64,000 nt of DNA from Monocercomonoides exilis PA203 (GCA_001643675.2 LSRY02000010.1:1866039-1930038), one strand, 5' to 3'. Shown: positions 27,304-41,533, counted from the stretch's first letter. Notes: generated by a model not told the origin, from the sequence alone. Translations and numbers: made by a program.

Positions 27304-29974
27304 ATGGCAACTCTCGATGCAATAAACCGTAAAAAAAGCAAAACTCTTGATCCAGAGTCAGTTATTAGAGTCATTAACGAGGAATTGGTAGCAAAAAGCG
27401 TTGCGAAACAAAAAATTATTGTTGATAAATTATCATTGACTCCTTCAATAATTTTATCATTTAAAAGTGTGCAACAATATTAATAAATATTGTTTAAACG
27501 TTCAATTTTATTAATATAACTCTTTAACAAACCGAAAAGAAATTAGAAAAATTGAAAATTTGGATGGATATTCTAAACTTACAACGCTTAAACTCGATAA
27601 CAATAACATTACAGTAATAGAAAATCTTTCATCGCTTGTATCTCTCGAGTTATTAGGTCTGCTATGCTACCAAACTTCATTTTTTGAAATTGTAATTTTT
27701 TCCAATAAAGATCTTTCATTTAATCAAATCTCTGAAATTCCAACTGAAGGAGGATTAGAAACCTTAGTTAACCTTAAAGAGTTATCACTATTTTCCAACA
27801 AAATTAAGGATATAACTCCACTCGCTCAACTCACTTCACTTCAAATTCTTTCAGTTGGAGATAATGAAATTGATGAAATGGAAAAGGCATGCAATCAAAA
27901 TTTAACAAATTCAATTATTCTCATTTCCTCTTCCATTTTAATTAACTTTTTTTAGATCAAACCACTTCGTACTCTGAAACACCTTCAATCATTAACATTG
28001 ATTGGCAATCCACTTACAAAGGATTCTGATTACGCAACATTTGTTCTTGCATATCTTTCATACCCGCTTCTCCAAGCAGGAAGCAGCTCGAGTGCATCAT
28101 CAGCGTCGTCAGGCGCAATGATGGCTGCATTGGATGGGGGAGAGAAAGGGCGAGGAAGAATTGGAGGCGGAAGCGACGGAGGGATGATGGGAACAGCAGG
28201 AGCGATGCTGAGTGAGACGCTCGGTGGAGGAAACAGCGGAAGCAGTGGGGCGCAGATTGGAGGAGGCAGCAGCGCCAGCGGAGGAGCAGGCGGAATGGTG
28301 GGGCGGACAGGGGCAGTGCTGGAGGCAGCAAACGACCCGGCAGTTGTTGGGGCAGGAGGAATATCGACTGGGATGATCACGATGAGCACGCCTGTTGATA
28401 TTTCACTGGCAGCAGCTGAAAGAGGAGGGCTTGTGTCGCTGAGAGGAGGGCAGGCTATCAGAACACTGGCATATTTGGACTATAAAATGGTGAATGTGGA
28501 TGCAGTGATTCGAGCTCGTGAGCTTTATGGAGAAGATCTGGCGAAGTTGGAACAAGAAGTATGTCAATTTTAATTTGAAATGACGAATATAAATAAATTG
28601 AACAATATTAAAAAAAATTTTTTTAAAATTCTCACTTCAAATGCTTTCTTTCCCACAGGATTTGAATGCTGAGCTGGCGAAAGAGGCAAGTGCTGCGCTG
28701 GAGAAGCAGAAGGAACTTGCGCGTGCTGCGAACTTTGAAGGGCTGGATGTGTTCTTCCAGGAGATGGTGGAGAACGACCAGGAGTATCAGACGAAGCTGA
28801 AGTATGTGCGCGTGGTAGATGCATGCTTAGCAGAATATCGCACAGAATGTGCTGCTGTTATTGATGAGTTCAAACAGTACATGGCTGGGCAGCTGGATCT
28901 CAGGGTATGTTATCCTTCTATTGGACAATAATTGAAATGAACAATCTATTTTGTTTAATCTTTATTTATTCCTCTCCAAAGCGCAAAGAAGAGGAGGAGA
29001 TGAACTATGCGATGAATGTGATTGAAGAGCAGGCAGTGTCAACATCGCAGGAGATTCTTGCGAAGTTCAGCAAGCTGCGGAAGGGGATCACAGCACAACT
29101 GGAAGCAGCGCTGGTGGATGGACCGACGAGTGCGAATGACTCGCTTCTGTCGCCAGAGACGATGAAGCAGCTGGAAGATGCGAACGAGGCGCTGCTGAAG
29201 GAGCTGATGGAGATTGAGGAGCATCGTGTGGAGCAGGCAGAGTCCATCCTCGACCAATACGGCGCGAAGCTGAAGGAGATGTTTGCCACGACGAAAGACC
29301 GCATCCAGCTGGACTTTCAGAATTTGGTGCGGCTGGAGACGAGAGAGGCCGAGCTGATGGCAGCCGACGCGATGAGAGAGTCGGAGCGGATAAGCGCGCC
29401 GGGCGGAGGCGGAAGCAGCGGCAGTGGGGCGTCTGCAGCAGGTGCTTCATCGGCAGCTGATGGCAGCAGCTCGGCGAGTGCAGCAGGAGGAGCACATGGC
29501 GCAGGGAGTGGCGATGAGGATGTGATGAGTGCGGAGGAGAAGGCAGTGCTCAGCGACAAGCCGAGCTTGCAGCAGTCGCTGAAGAACAGCAGCGAGTTCA
29601 GACAGGCGAAGATTCATGAGAAGGTGTGGTGGATTATTAATTCCTTATATAGATGCATATATTACTTTGCATTTATTTTTAACATTATAACTTTGTGAAT
29701 GAACAATTATTTCTGTTTATTTCTTTATATTTTCAGGAAGATGAGATTGTTGACAGAGAAAAGAAGACACGTGTCGATATGGAAAACAAAGCAAGAGAAG
29801 AAGAACACAAAAAGGTTTTGTTTTATTTCATTTAATTTTCTGAACAAATTGTCTTTTGTTGAATATATTCTTTTTCTTTCTTAGAATCGCACACGGCTGA
29901 TTGAGATATGGCATCATTATGATTCAGTCAATCAGTTTATCCAGCAAATCATGCAAGAAGATACACAACGCTGA
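27304..29974 (+). CDS. DRC3: Dynein regulatory complex subunit 3 (LRRC48-like; LRR + coiled coil), multi-exon
   Basis: VINEEL N-terminus and SDS22-type LRRs (LKLDNNNITVIENL, DLSFNQI, LSLFSNKI, LSVGDNEI). GNPL...DY..FVLAYL and YLDYK LRR-cap followed by a coiled coil, as in LRRC48. ATG 27304, TGA 29972-29974. Confidence 0.82.
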
Positions 29975-30538
29975 AACATTTCATTCCTTTCTTTTTTTGT
30001 CTATCTTCCATTCTCATTTTATTTTATTTTATTTTATTTTATTTTATTTTTTTAAAGACTACATCATATTTTATGGTTAGCATCTTCATCCTCAAATTGC
30101 TTCTTATTCCACATTTTAAAAATCTCTTTCTCTGTTTTCCTCTTGTTTTGTTTTTATTCCATCTAATGAATCAAATTAATAATACAACATAAGTCAAATA
30201 ATAGAGACAAGAAAACATAGAAACTCACAATCATATTATGAAAAAGCAATCGAATATACTAATACAGACATACTGAAATTGGAGTTTTTATTATAAAAAA
30301 TTATTAAATTAAAGCAAAATAGAAACACAAATTACAATAATATTTTACTAATCATCCCCAAAACTAGATAACAAACTACCAAGCAAACAAAAATTATAAG
30401 CCAATTAAAAAAAAAAAAGAAAGTTCGAATGAAAAAAATGCCTATGATTAAATGAAAAATAGTAGAAAACAAAAAGAAAAAATCGGAAAACATTTTTACA
30501 AATATTAATTTCTTTTTATTTATTCACTTAGGAAAACA

Positions 30539-31127
30539 TTAAATCAACATAGCCAAAGAATCGTCTGTGCGAGCAGAAGCTGTTGCGATGTCAGAAGTGA
30601 TGACAAAGTCATCAAACGCATTTCCGCTTTCATTTGGCAGGATCGAAGAGTCAAACTCCCTCGGAGAAATAATCGCAGCAGACGGAGAAATAATTGCAGA
30701 GGAAGATGAATCAGCAGCTGGTAGAGAATAAACAGGAGCGATCTGATATTGTGTCTTGGCAGCTGTTCCTTTTGTGCCCTTTCCGCGTGGCTGGGAAAAG
30801 GAGGTGATGGAAGAAGATTGATGGAAAGGATTGCCAACAGAGGCACCTGAATGGAGTGGGGGAATATCCAAGTCTCGAGTGTGCTGATGGCGAGAGGGTT
30901 GAACAGGGAGTGGATAAGTCGATGAAGAAGAAGAAGAAGAAGAAGAAGAAGAAGAAGAAGAGGAGGAGGAGGAGGAAAAGGAAGAAGAGGATGTGGAAGA
31001 GGAAGAATTAGCAAAAAGTTGAGCAGTTCGTTGAATGCTGGGCAAATCTGGTGATTTTGTCTGTTCGTGTTCGTCTTCTCCAAAAGTGAATGAAGAAGCA
31101 GCAGCAGCAAAAGGATTGGAAAGAGAA

Positions 31128-31159
<32 letters not shown>

Positions 31160-34100
31160 GGAAGAGGAAGAATTTGATGGTTGTGCAGATGATTGGGATG
31201 TTTGTTGAACAGAAGGCACAGATGACACTGATGATGATGATGATGATGAGGAGGAGGAGGATGATGAAGAAGAAGCATTTACAGAAGGAAGATTAGCATG
31301 TCCATTGGATATTGAAGAGGATGAGGATGAGGAAGAAGATGAAGAAGATGAAGCAGGAGGAGAGACAGATAGAGAAAATGGTGAGGTTAATGATGTTGTT
31401 AACACATTCTGATTAACTTGGCTATTTTGATTGTTCTGATTTTTCTGCTTTGTCTTATTTGAATGAGCAGATGAATTAGATTGAGACGAATTCTGCTGTG
31501 TCTGTTCAGCCTCACCCTCCTCCTCCATCAAAGAAGACAAAATATTCGATTCATTTGTTTCATTCAATTCATTCACTTCATTCAATTCATTTGAGTTTTG
31601 TGATGTCTGAGAAGTCTGTGATGCTTGTGAGAGAGCAGGCGAAGGATGTTTTGGAATGGGGGCGACAGCAACAACAGAAGAAGAAGTGAGCGAAAGAGAA
31701 ATGGAATCAGAAGAGAAGGAAGAATTTGATAGATTGGATGGATTGGATGGGAGAGGAAGGGAAGATGTGCTGGATGAGAGAGAAGAAGAAGAAGAGGGGG
31801 AAGATGAGGAAGATAAAGAAGAAGAAGAAGCAGAGAGAGGATAAGGAGGGGCAGAGGGGAGTATGGAAGAAGTAGTTGAGAAGAGAGCAGAGGCATTGAA
31901 TTGAGCTTGAGCGGAAAGAGGAGGAGGAGGAGGAATATTCAGAGGAGGATGAAGAAGGGAATCGTCAGCTGCATTTGTTGATTGTTCATCCACATTCTGT
32001 TCTTCAATGCTTTCTGTTGAAGAAGAAGAAGATGATGATGAAGGTACAGTTTGTGAGCTAATTTCAATATTACTGACTTCTGTGTTTATATTCGATTTAT
32101 TTTCAGTTTTATCATCCTCTTCTTCTTTTCTTTCTCTTTCTCTTTCTCTTTCCTTTTCCTCTTTTCTTTCTTTCTCGTCCTTCTCTTCCTTCTCTTCCAT
32201 CTCCTTCCTCTTCTTCTCCTCTGCCTTCTTCCTCCTCAGCTCCAATGCTCTTATTCTGTGCTCTTCGTATTTGAGCAGCCTCTTCTCCTTCCTCTGCATC
32301 CACCCTTCGACCATCGCTGCTCTGATCTCTTCGACTTCCTCTGCACACAAATGAGACTGCTGGAGCTGCCTGTCCAACTGCTTGGCATACGTCTGGAAGG
32401 CAGCAGAGGTCTTGTCTCGCGCTTTGGATTGGATGGACAATGGAGCAGATGCAGCTGTGGAAGAAGAGGAAGAGGAAGATGAAGAAGGTGGTTGAGGAGG
32501 TTGATATAAATCATTCTGTAATGAATCGGTGTTGATGAATTCTGTGTTGGCAGATGTTTGCTCAGGTGGCAAAACAGAAGAAGAAGAAGAAGAAGAAGAA
32601 GGTGAAATGTTGAGGGAAGATAAATTTTGCTGAATGGAAGAGGAATCAACAGAAGAGCTTGAAGATTGAGAAGACAAAGTTGAATGGCGAGAATGATGAG
32701 GAGAAGGAGGAAGAGAAGACGAGGAAGATGAAGAAGAAGGAAGAATATCACTTCCATTGCTTTGTGTGTCAATGCTTTCTCCCCTTTGAGAAGAGAGGGG
32801 AGGAGTATGATGATAATGATGATGATGAAGTTTTTGATGATTATTATTCAATTGCTCTGTTGTTGAATGAAGGATAATTTTGAGAGGAGGAAAAGGAAGA
32901 AGAGAACCTTCTGGTTTCTCACCTTTGACGATAACTGGCAGATTTAATGGAACATACAAAGAAGAAGAAGAAGAAGAAGAAGGGAAAGAGGAGGAGGAAG
33001 TATTGTTTTGTGGGAAATTTGGTACCTCAATTGGATCTGGAAGCACGAAGTGTGGGATAACAGTTGTATTTGCTGTTGTTTGAGGCAAAGAGGATGGAGA
33101 GGAAGAAGATGGAGGAGATGAAGAAGGAGGAGAAGTTAGAGAAGAAGAGGATAAAGGAGGAAAAGATGAAGGAGAAGAAGAAACAGATGATGATGATGAT
33201 GATTCAGATTGCATTGTTAATGGTGCATCTCCATCCAAATTAGAGTTGTTTCCTGGTTGTTCATTCGAGTCATTTCCCTCAACATTTTTGGCAGAAGAAA
33301 TTGGTTGCTGAAGAGTTGTATCAATTGCAGTAGCAGCAGAAGTAGAAGATGATGACGAAGAAGATGAAAAGGAAGAAGATTGCAAATGAGTCTCTGATGA
33401 AACTGTTTCGAGCTCATTTGTGGAGCATTCAACAGGTTGCTGTAATGAATTGTTATCAGATGAGAAAGAAGAAGAAGAAGGAGGAGGAGGCTGTTGTTGC
33501 AGAGTTGGCGAAGATAAAGGAGGAAGATTAAGGAAAGGAGAAAGAGGAGGGAGAAGAGGAAGAGTTGGAAGAGGTAAAGTTGGAAGTGGTTGAGGAGATA
33601 GAGGTGGAGGAGGAGGAGGAAGGGAGATTTCATTCAGCAAAGGAGAAGACACTTCATCCGAAGAAAGCGACAAACCTGGTGAAGATGGCGAAGATGGAGA
33701 AGCTGTTGGTGGTAGAAGAGGCAGAGGAGGCATTTCAATATTGTCCAGCGAAGACAGAGAAGGAGATTGAGAATGTACAATTGGCAGTTGAGAGGATATT
33801 CTGCTCGGTGAAGAAGGAATGGCAGTTGCATCGTCTTTTTGTAAATCTTCGTCTTTGCTGTTATTATCCTTTGCAACGTCATCAATGACAGTTAATGCTC
33901 TATCTTCGTTTGATTGCGATGACGAAGGTTCAGTAGGAAGGATTTCTGTTTGAATATTTTGATTTTCAAATGAACTATCTGGAAGTGTAACTTTTGATTC
34001 TTCTGTAGAAATCAATGAACTGTAGATAAAGTCTTTATTTTCTGTTTGAACCACTCTTTCTTCAACAAATTTATCGTTGCTTGACTTTTCATCACTTGAT

Positions 34101-34657
34101 GATGTTTTCTCAAGTTGGCAGCATTGTAGATATGCATCTCGCTCACATATTTTCTCATGCATTTCTTGAACACTAACTTTCAAATTTTCTATTTTTTGAA
34201 GGGCATTTTGGAAATTTCCATCAATGCTCTTTTATTTTTGATGGAAAATATAAAAATAAAAAATTAAATAGAATGTTGAAAGATGTAATTAAAAATATGT
34301 CATACTGAAAGAATTTTGCATTGTTGGTGCATTTGATAAGCGTTCTTTGAGTTTAATATGCTTTTAGTCTGTGCATCATATTTTGCTTGAATTGAGTCAA
34401 CTTTTAAAAAATTGCTTAAAATCTCTCTGAAAGTTATGTGTTAACATACTAAATGAAGATGCCAGCTTGCTTGATAATCCTGTTGTTACAATTTCCCTTA
34501 TTTCTTTTTTCTTTTGAATTTTTTGAAGAATTGCCTGGGCCAGAGATTCTCTTATTTCCGAAAGAAATACTTCTTCTGACTTGTAGAAAGAATACACAGG
34601 ATCCAATAACTTCATTGGGTACATAGAAGTAAAAGAGGTATCATTCATATACATCAA
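30539..34657 (-). CDS. Ser/Pro-rich, largely disordered hypothetical protein with a central charged coiled coil
   Basis: 1214-aa open last exon (30539..34183) plus probable upstream exons near 34300-34650. No domain recognised and the start is uncertain. Confidence 0.6.
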
Positions 34658-35057
34658 AAAGAAAAAGTTATCATTCGATCTTATCCAAAATATTATCTTT
34701 CATATAGGAAAATTGATTAGTAATCCAATAAAATATTAACAATTGATAAAAAAACTTAAAAACATAGATGTACATTTTTATAGTGAAAAATCTTAAAACA
34801 AACTCCTCATAGTGTGAATCAGGTTAAACGCTTGAAAATAAAGTGAAAAATACAATACACAAAAAGAAAACAAAAAAAAAAGATAACAATAAACTAGAAC
34901 AAGATATACCACAGATGCAATTCATGAGGAACAATCAAAAGTTGAAAATAAAATCAAGAAAATATCCCTTTGACGTCAGATTAAAAAACAAAAATAAAAA
35001 AACAAATTCTATTTTAGGAGATGAAACTTATTTTCCACAACTTCAAATAAAAAAAAG

Positions 35058-38000
35058 CTAGCAATCCAAAATCAGCTCCACCGCAATAAAAACATTTCCG
35101 TTGCATTTAGTCAGATAGTCTTGTGCTGTTTCCTCGTCGCATCCAGTCAGCTCCATCACTCTGCTGATGTCCTTCGAGTGATTGGCACTTCTTTCAGTTG
35201 GCTTTGTTTTTGTGTCAGACAGATAGAAAGAGATGTTTGTGGACGAGAAAAGATCTTCTTTGCAAAATGAGTCCAACGCAAGCGCATTCTGTGCGGAGAC
35301 ATCGAATGACTGCTGGGCACAGCTCAAATACGAATCATTCGAATAATTTGTTGTTTGTTTGTTCTCTTTCTCTTTTGCGTCTTCTCCATTTGTATTCTGT
35401 CCATTCATTCTTCCTTCTTTGATTTCTTCTTTTCTTTCTTGTTGTTCTTGTTCATCTTCATCTTCTTCTTCTTCTTCCCCTTCAACCTCATCGTCAATGT
35501 CATCATCAAAGATTGAGTCATCCACATCCACAATTTCTCCTTCATCGTCGTCAAAGTCGCTGTCTGAGAGTGGCGGAGGAGGCGGTGGCAAAGGCAAGTT
35601 AAGTGCTGCTATGTCCAGTTCATCTTCCACTTTCGACTTCCTCCTCTGGCTCGTTTTGACAGACATGTCATTTTTGTTCTCTGTTTGTGCGGATTCTGTT
35701 AATCTTTCTCTTTCCTTTTCTCTTTCTTTTTCTCCTTTTTCTCTTTCATTTGTGTTTTCAGTTGCAATTTCTGTTTCAATTGCAGCTGCTGTTGTGGAAT
35801 AAGTCGACAGCGATGAAGGTGCCTTCGTTTGAGCCTTGTAACTCCATTCGACTTTCCAGCTGGCATCATTTTCTGCATTGAGTGGCTTTATAGACAGATA
35901 CTTTGCCATCTGACTGGCATCTGTGCAGAAGTGGAGAGAAGAATCAACAGCAAAGCGGGTGGGGAAGCACTTTGTGGAGTAGTCTGAGGCGAAAGGGAAG
36001 GCGACGGGAGAGGAGGAGAAAGAGGAGAAAGAAGAGAGGGGGGAAAGATTGGCTTCACACGACAGAACATCGGATAGGGTTTTGCTTGAGGCAGAGAGAG
36101 AAGGAGAATGAGAAGGGGAGGGATACGCAGATGCAGATGGAGAGATGGAAGGAGATGAAGACGAGGAAGAAGGAACAGAAGAAGAAGAAGAGGAGGAAGA
36201 GGAGGAGGAAGAAGATGATGAAACAGAGACAGAACTTGAGGTTAACACATTCCTTTGAAGAGGAGAAGGAGCAGGAAGAGAAGAAGCACTGGTGTTTGCT
36301 GGATGTGTTGGGAAAGCGCTGGAAGAGAAGACAGAATGAGAAGAAAGAGTGTAAATGTCAAAGGGCAGCTGGAGCATCGTGTGGAAGTTGTCAGACAGAT
36401 TCGTCTTTTCTGTCTCTTCAGCCGATGAAGAGATGGCATTGTCCCATTCCCTCGCATTCTCCTGCTCTTCTCTCAAAAGATCCCTCTTCAGCGTCTGCTC
36501 ATCTCTTACATCGATAAATTCATCGCTCTCCTTTTTGGGCCCTCCTCTTTCGCTGCGGAGTATCTTGTCTATTCTGTTGGCCTCGTAGTTGTTGATGTCG
36601 CCTGCTAAGAGCTGGATGAAGGCCAATGGGAAACGCACAATCTCCTGAAGAAGGAGAAGATGGGGCTTGATTCTGGTGGAAGAAGAAGAGGAGGAGGAAA
36701 GAGAAGAAGAAGCAGAGGAATCAGAAGGGGTGTAGTTGAGGAGCATGTCGAGGAGGAGGGAGATTGTGTTGGGGGCACGAAAAAGAAGGCGGCGGATGAC
36801 CAAAAAGCGGCGGTGGTGTTTCAGCTGGAGGAGGAGCGAGTAAGAGGGAGAGGAAGGAGTGGATGGATAGGGCCACACGAAGTGATCAGAACGGGTGGGG
36901 GAGGGAGAGGGGCTGGGAGAAGGATGGGCTGAGAGGGGCTGGGAGGAAGAGGAAGAGGATGATGATGAAGAGGAAGAAGAGGAAGGGGAGGGGGTGTTGG
37001 ATTCTGAGCTTGTTGAAGCAGAAGCAGAAGCAGCAGCAGCAGCAGCAGAAGAAGAAGAAGAGGAGGAGGAGGGGGAAGAGGAAGATGGAGATGGGTGAAT
37101 TGTTTGAAAAACAGAAGAAGAAGAAGATGATGATGATGAAGTAGAATTCAGTCTGTTAGCATCATTCACTTCAGCTAAATGTGCCCTTTCTGCATCAGAA
37201 CGGCCTCTTGAATGACTTGTTGATGTGCTTCCATCAGAAGATGTTACACTTTCATCATCATCGTCTTCACCTTCATTTTCCTGTCTATCTCTTTCGTTGT
37301 CTCTTCTTCTATTAACATTCTGACTAGTCTCTCTTGTTCTGTCTTCGTCTGCTCCTTCTGAAGACTCTTCCATTTGCAAACTGAGCATATCAACTGGTGT
37401 GGGTGGTTCATCATCATCATCATCTTCTTCTTCATCTTCATCATCCTCATCATTATTACTATTTCTATTGCGATTTCTATTTCTATTTCCTCTTCCCTCT
37501 CTCTCTTGCCCTTCGTTCCTGTAGTTGTGGAGGATGTTTTCGTAAAAGTCTCGAAATGGCAGAGAAGCTGTTGTTGGGCTGCGTCTGGCTGATGTGTGTG
37601 ACGATGGAGTTATTGGCAACACATCTTCTGCTTCTCTTTCTTCTTCTTCTCTTTCTTCTTCTTCTCTCTCTTCTTCTCTTTCATCTCTTTCATCCTCATG
37701 TTCTCTTTCTCTTTCTTGCAATGAACATATTACTGTTAAGTTCTCATCAGAGTCTGTTGGAGGAGCAAGAGAAGAGAAATTAAGCACATCTGAATCAGAT
37801 GAAGATGAAGAAGAGGATGAAGAGGAAGATGAAGAAGAAGATTGCACGTTTATTTCTCTTTCAGGAGAAGGCAGTGAATCATCTTCTTCATTCTCTGCCA
37901 TCTCATCCACCACCTCCTCTTCTCCAAATCTGTTATCTCTTTCCTCTGCTGATTCGTGTGCTGACGCGGCCAGCGGAGACAGAGGCGCCGAGTGAGGTGC

Positions 38001-38788
38001 AGACGGCGCCTGTGAAAGCACCTCGTCTTGGCACAACGAAGGCAGATCAGACGGAATCTGAGGCGTTTCTGGGAGCTCGCCTGTGTCTGGCATTGATTCT
38101 GGCATTGATTCCTGTATTCCTTCTTGTATTCCTTCTTGGCATTCGTCAGGTGGAAGAGGGGGATCGAAGGGTGAAGTGAAGAGGCTGTTGCGGCGTGAGG
38201 AAGGAAGAGAAGGAAGAGAGGGCAGGAAAGGAGGGGTGGGGGGTGTGGGAGGAGGAGGAAGAGAATGAAGAGAATGAAGAGAATGAAGAGAATGAAGAGA
38301 ATGAAGAGAATGATGGGACTGTACCGAATGAAGAGAGTTGGCTGGGGCGATGTGAGGAGAGAGAGGGAGAGAAGAGGCAGAAGAGGCAGAAGGAGCAGAA
38401 GGGGATGTGGGAACAGAGGGAGGAGAATGCGGAGCGGGAGGAGGAGGAGACGGGGGATTGGAAATGGTCTCAGGAAATGATGAAGAAATCGAGTAGGAGG
38501 AGGAGGAAGAAGAAGAAGAAGAAGAAGAAGAAGATGATGATGATGATGAGGAGGAGGAGGAGGATGATGATGAAGAGGAAGATGAAGAAAGATCATTCGA
38601 GTGTGATTCGTGTTCAACGTCTTCTTCATGCTCGTCAAAAGGGCTGTGGCTGCTGTCGTCTTCGCGAGCAGCATTCATCCGAAGTCTCTCTCGTCTCAGC
38701 ACAGACAGAAAGCTCAGCTCATCAGGAGTGTATTGGGCAACATCCTGGCTTTGGCTTAGCGTGTGAGAAAGTTCAAAAGAAGAAGAAA

Positions 38789-38819
<31 letters not shown>

Positions 38820-39645
38820 AGAATTATGTTGAGTATGCATGGTTGTGTCCATAGCTTCAGAGTATTCGCGAAATGAATTTTGTTCCGTTAGATGTTCAGA
38901 TTCTGAATGCTCTTCTAAATGTTCGTTTTGAATTGTAGAACAAGGTTGAGATCGGTTTGGACTTGGTGGGGTTTCACTTTGTCCTGAAGTATTTTTCTTT
39001 TTATGCTCCCTTTTTCTTCGATTATTTGCAACTGGAGTATTTGTGGTAAGAAATTCAATTGCAATATCGATGTTTCCATGTGCAGCATTCAAACAATTCA
39101 AAGAACGTTCTCGTTCAAATCCCATTTGTACAAGCAGTTCAGCTTCAACAGCATACTCAGACCCTTGATGAATAGTTTGAGTGAATAATCGCTCATCATT
39201 TGAAGTATTTGAATGTTCAGCTTGCAAATTAGAAGTAAAATGGCTTGAGGTTTGAGGTTCAGGTTGTTCATTACTGATGGCATTTTCCTTTAAAGCAAAA
39301 AATAATGTTCAATAATTGTTAAATAAGCAGAACAACCCCAAAAAAATAATAAAGTTATAAACCTGCTCTCCAGTGAAAAATAATGAACTGCTTTCTGTCT
39401 GTACATAATATTGATAAGTCATGAGAGAAAAGTTTTACAAAAACACTCAAATTGCGACAAACAATATGCAATGATTCAAGCGTGTCAAAATCTTGAAGTT
39501 CTGCATCTGTTGATAAAATCAAAACTGTTTCTTTTTGCAAATGCAATGCACGGGCTATTCCATGTTTGAGATGACGAATTGTGCTTGTAGGCTTCACGTT
39601 AACAGTCACTTTTTGACCTTCCAGTGACTGAAGCGATAGTCTCAT
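35058..39645 (-). CDS. RAD23: RAD23-like ubiquitin shuttle (UBL-UBA1-XPC-binding/STI1-UBA2), greatly expanded by low-complexity linkers
   Basis: UBL: MRLSLQSLEGQKVTVNVKPTSTIRHLK. UBA1: GSEYAVEAELLVQMGFERERSLNCLNAAHGNIDIAIEFL. XPC-binding-like: LKHHRRFLVIRRLLFRAPNTISLLLDML...PHLLLLQEIVRFPLAFIQLL. C-terminal UBA2: ISRVMELTGCDEETAQDYLTKCNGNVFIAVELIL. Confidence 0.75.
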
Positions 39646-39862
39646 AAAAAATACTTATCTGTATGGATGATATTAATTAAATAAAATAATTGCAAAGTAA
39701 ACGTTCAGATATACACTTGCAATAGCTCTTCAAAAAGAGTTTCAAACAATAAAAATTTAATTTAATTAAATATGGATAAAGATCGTTATGTGAAACAAAT
39801 TGTTTTGAATTGAGTTTTTAAAAAATATCTCAGAAACCAAAGGAAGTTTTATTTTTTCTGTT

Positions 39863-40900
39863 TTATCTTATAAAAGGAATCACAACCTTTCGTTCTATCA
39901 CCTTATTACTTGTGCAATTATCGAATGAGCAAGAAGTGATTGTGAGATTTGCGTTCGTGCAGTTAACTATCAGTGCACCTCCCCAGGCACTTCCGCTATT
40001 AGAATCATACCATTCGCGCCATTCAAAGCGATGACTGTTCTGATCAAAAGAATCCAACCTTCCAGGAGTTTTTCTTTGAGATTCTGTTCCAACATGTACA
40101 ACAGCAGCATTTGGTGAAGAGCGTGTTTGGTGAAAGAAAGAGGCGTTGAAGGCAGAGAGAGAAGTGGATGGTCCATTGAGGGAAGGGATTATGACACCAT
40201 CGATGGGGTTGTGGGTGTGGATGAAGATTGTCGAGCGAAGAGAGAAGGAAAGGATTGTATTGGTGCTAGTGGAAGTGGAAGAAGAGGAAGAGGTAGTTGA
40301 GGTGAATAGATTGAATGCGCGAGAGAAGGAATGAAAGAGACAGAGGAGAAATTTGTGCTTGAGAGATGGAGATTGAGGTGGATTTGGAGGTGGGGATGGG
40401 ATTGGTGATGGATACGGAGAGGGGAAGAGGAAGGAGAAGGAGAAGGAGATAATGAGGATGAGGATGAAGATGAGGATGAGGATGAGAAAGATGAAGGAGA
40501 AGGGGATGGGTTAGAGAGGGAAGAAGGAGAAAAAAGGAAGGGCTGGATGAGGGAGATGAAGGAGGAGAAAGAGGAGTGGGAGATGGAGAATGAGGCAGGG
40601 ATTGGGGAGTGGGCATGTGAGAGGAGATTGTTTGGGGTGGAGAAGAGGGGGAAGGAGAGGATGGCAGGTTGGTGGGTGGTGAGGGAGAAGTTGGTGAGGG
40701 CGATGGAGGCATGGGCAGAGAGGATGAGGGGGCAGTGGTGGTGGTGGTTGTTGGTGAGTGAAGGAGCAGATGGTGGCAGCTGAGTGGTGCTGGGCAGTGA
40801 GGAGTGGACAACTACTGAAGGGGATGGCATTGAGATGTGTCACACTCAAGGAGGTGTTGATGAAGGCAAGGCTTGTCTGAATACCACAGATGGGATTGAT
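39863..40900 (-). pseudogene. Truncated, frameshifted paralog of the N-terminus of the beta-helix surface-protein family
   Basis: NPIDGVIIPSLNGPSTSLSAFNASF...KTPGR...FEWREWYD...GGAL aligns with NVVDGGIAPSLNNPLSSLSVSNTSF...LKPGR...FIWCEWD...GGAI in 11712..13601. It stops after one repeat. Confidence 0.7.
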
Positions 40901-41105
40901 AGATGCATATTTAATGCTCTAATCATTGGCACTTCAAATGTTGTTAAAATTTTATACAAATATAAACATTCAAAAAATTAAAAGAATAAAGCGAATTATC
41001 TTCATTTCATTCATTTTTAATTTTTGACTTTTCTTTTTCAATTTTTTTCTTAAAAAACAAGATGAATGAAATGAAATGTGTTGTACAGGGCACAGTGTAA
41101 AATAC

Positions 41106-41533
41106 TTAGCCAAATAAATCAAACATTCCCTTTTGAAGAAAAAAATATCATTCACAAAAATAAATTTTAAATAATTAAACAAAGCAAAAACATAAACAAA
41201 ACAAACCCCTTCGAACTCTTCCTCCTCCTCCTCCTTCTTTTCTTCCTTCTTTGACTCTTCCTTCTTTGATTCCTTTTCTGGTGCTGCAGCAGCCGATGAA
41301 GCGGAAGCTGATGGAGCAGCAGCTGCAACTGCGAATGACGCTGCAGCCATCTTCCTCAGACCATCATCTAAGATTTCCTGTCCAGTTCTCGTTCCGACTT
41401 TTGAAATTAAATCGGCAACTCTGGCTTCATCAACCTCAGCACCTGCTGCCTTCAATATGTTGATTATATCTGCTTTCTTTGGATGTGTTTTTCCACCGAC
41501 TTGAGATAAAAGTAATGCTGCTGCGTATTTCAT
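41106..41533 (-). CDS. RPLP2: 60S acidic ribosomal protein P2, 2 exons
   Basis: MKYAAALLL..GG..P..ADI..IL.AAG.EVD, then an Ala hinge and acidic tail. Removing intron 41206-41130 gives the conserved end EEEFEGGMFDLFG* (TAA 41106-41108). Confidence 0.95.

Noticed and set aside
30544-38854. Many overlapping antisense and alternate-frame ORFs
   Set aside because: They are shadows of poly-Ser/Glu codon repeats, which lack stops in other frames.
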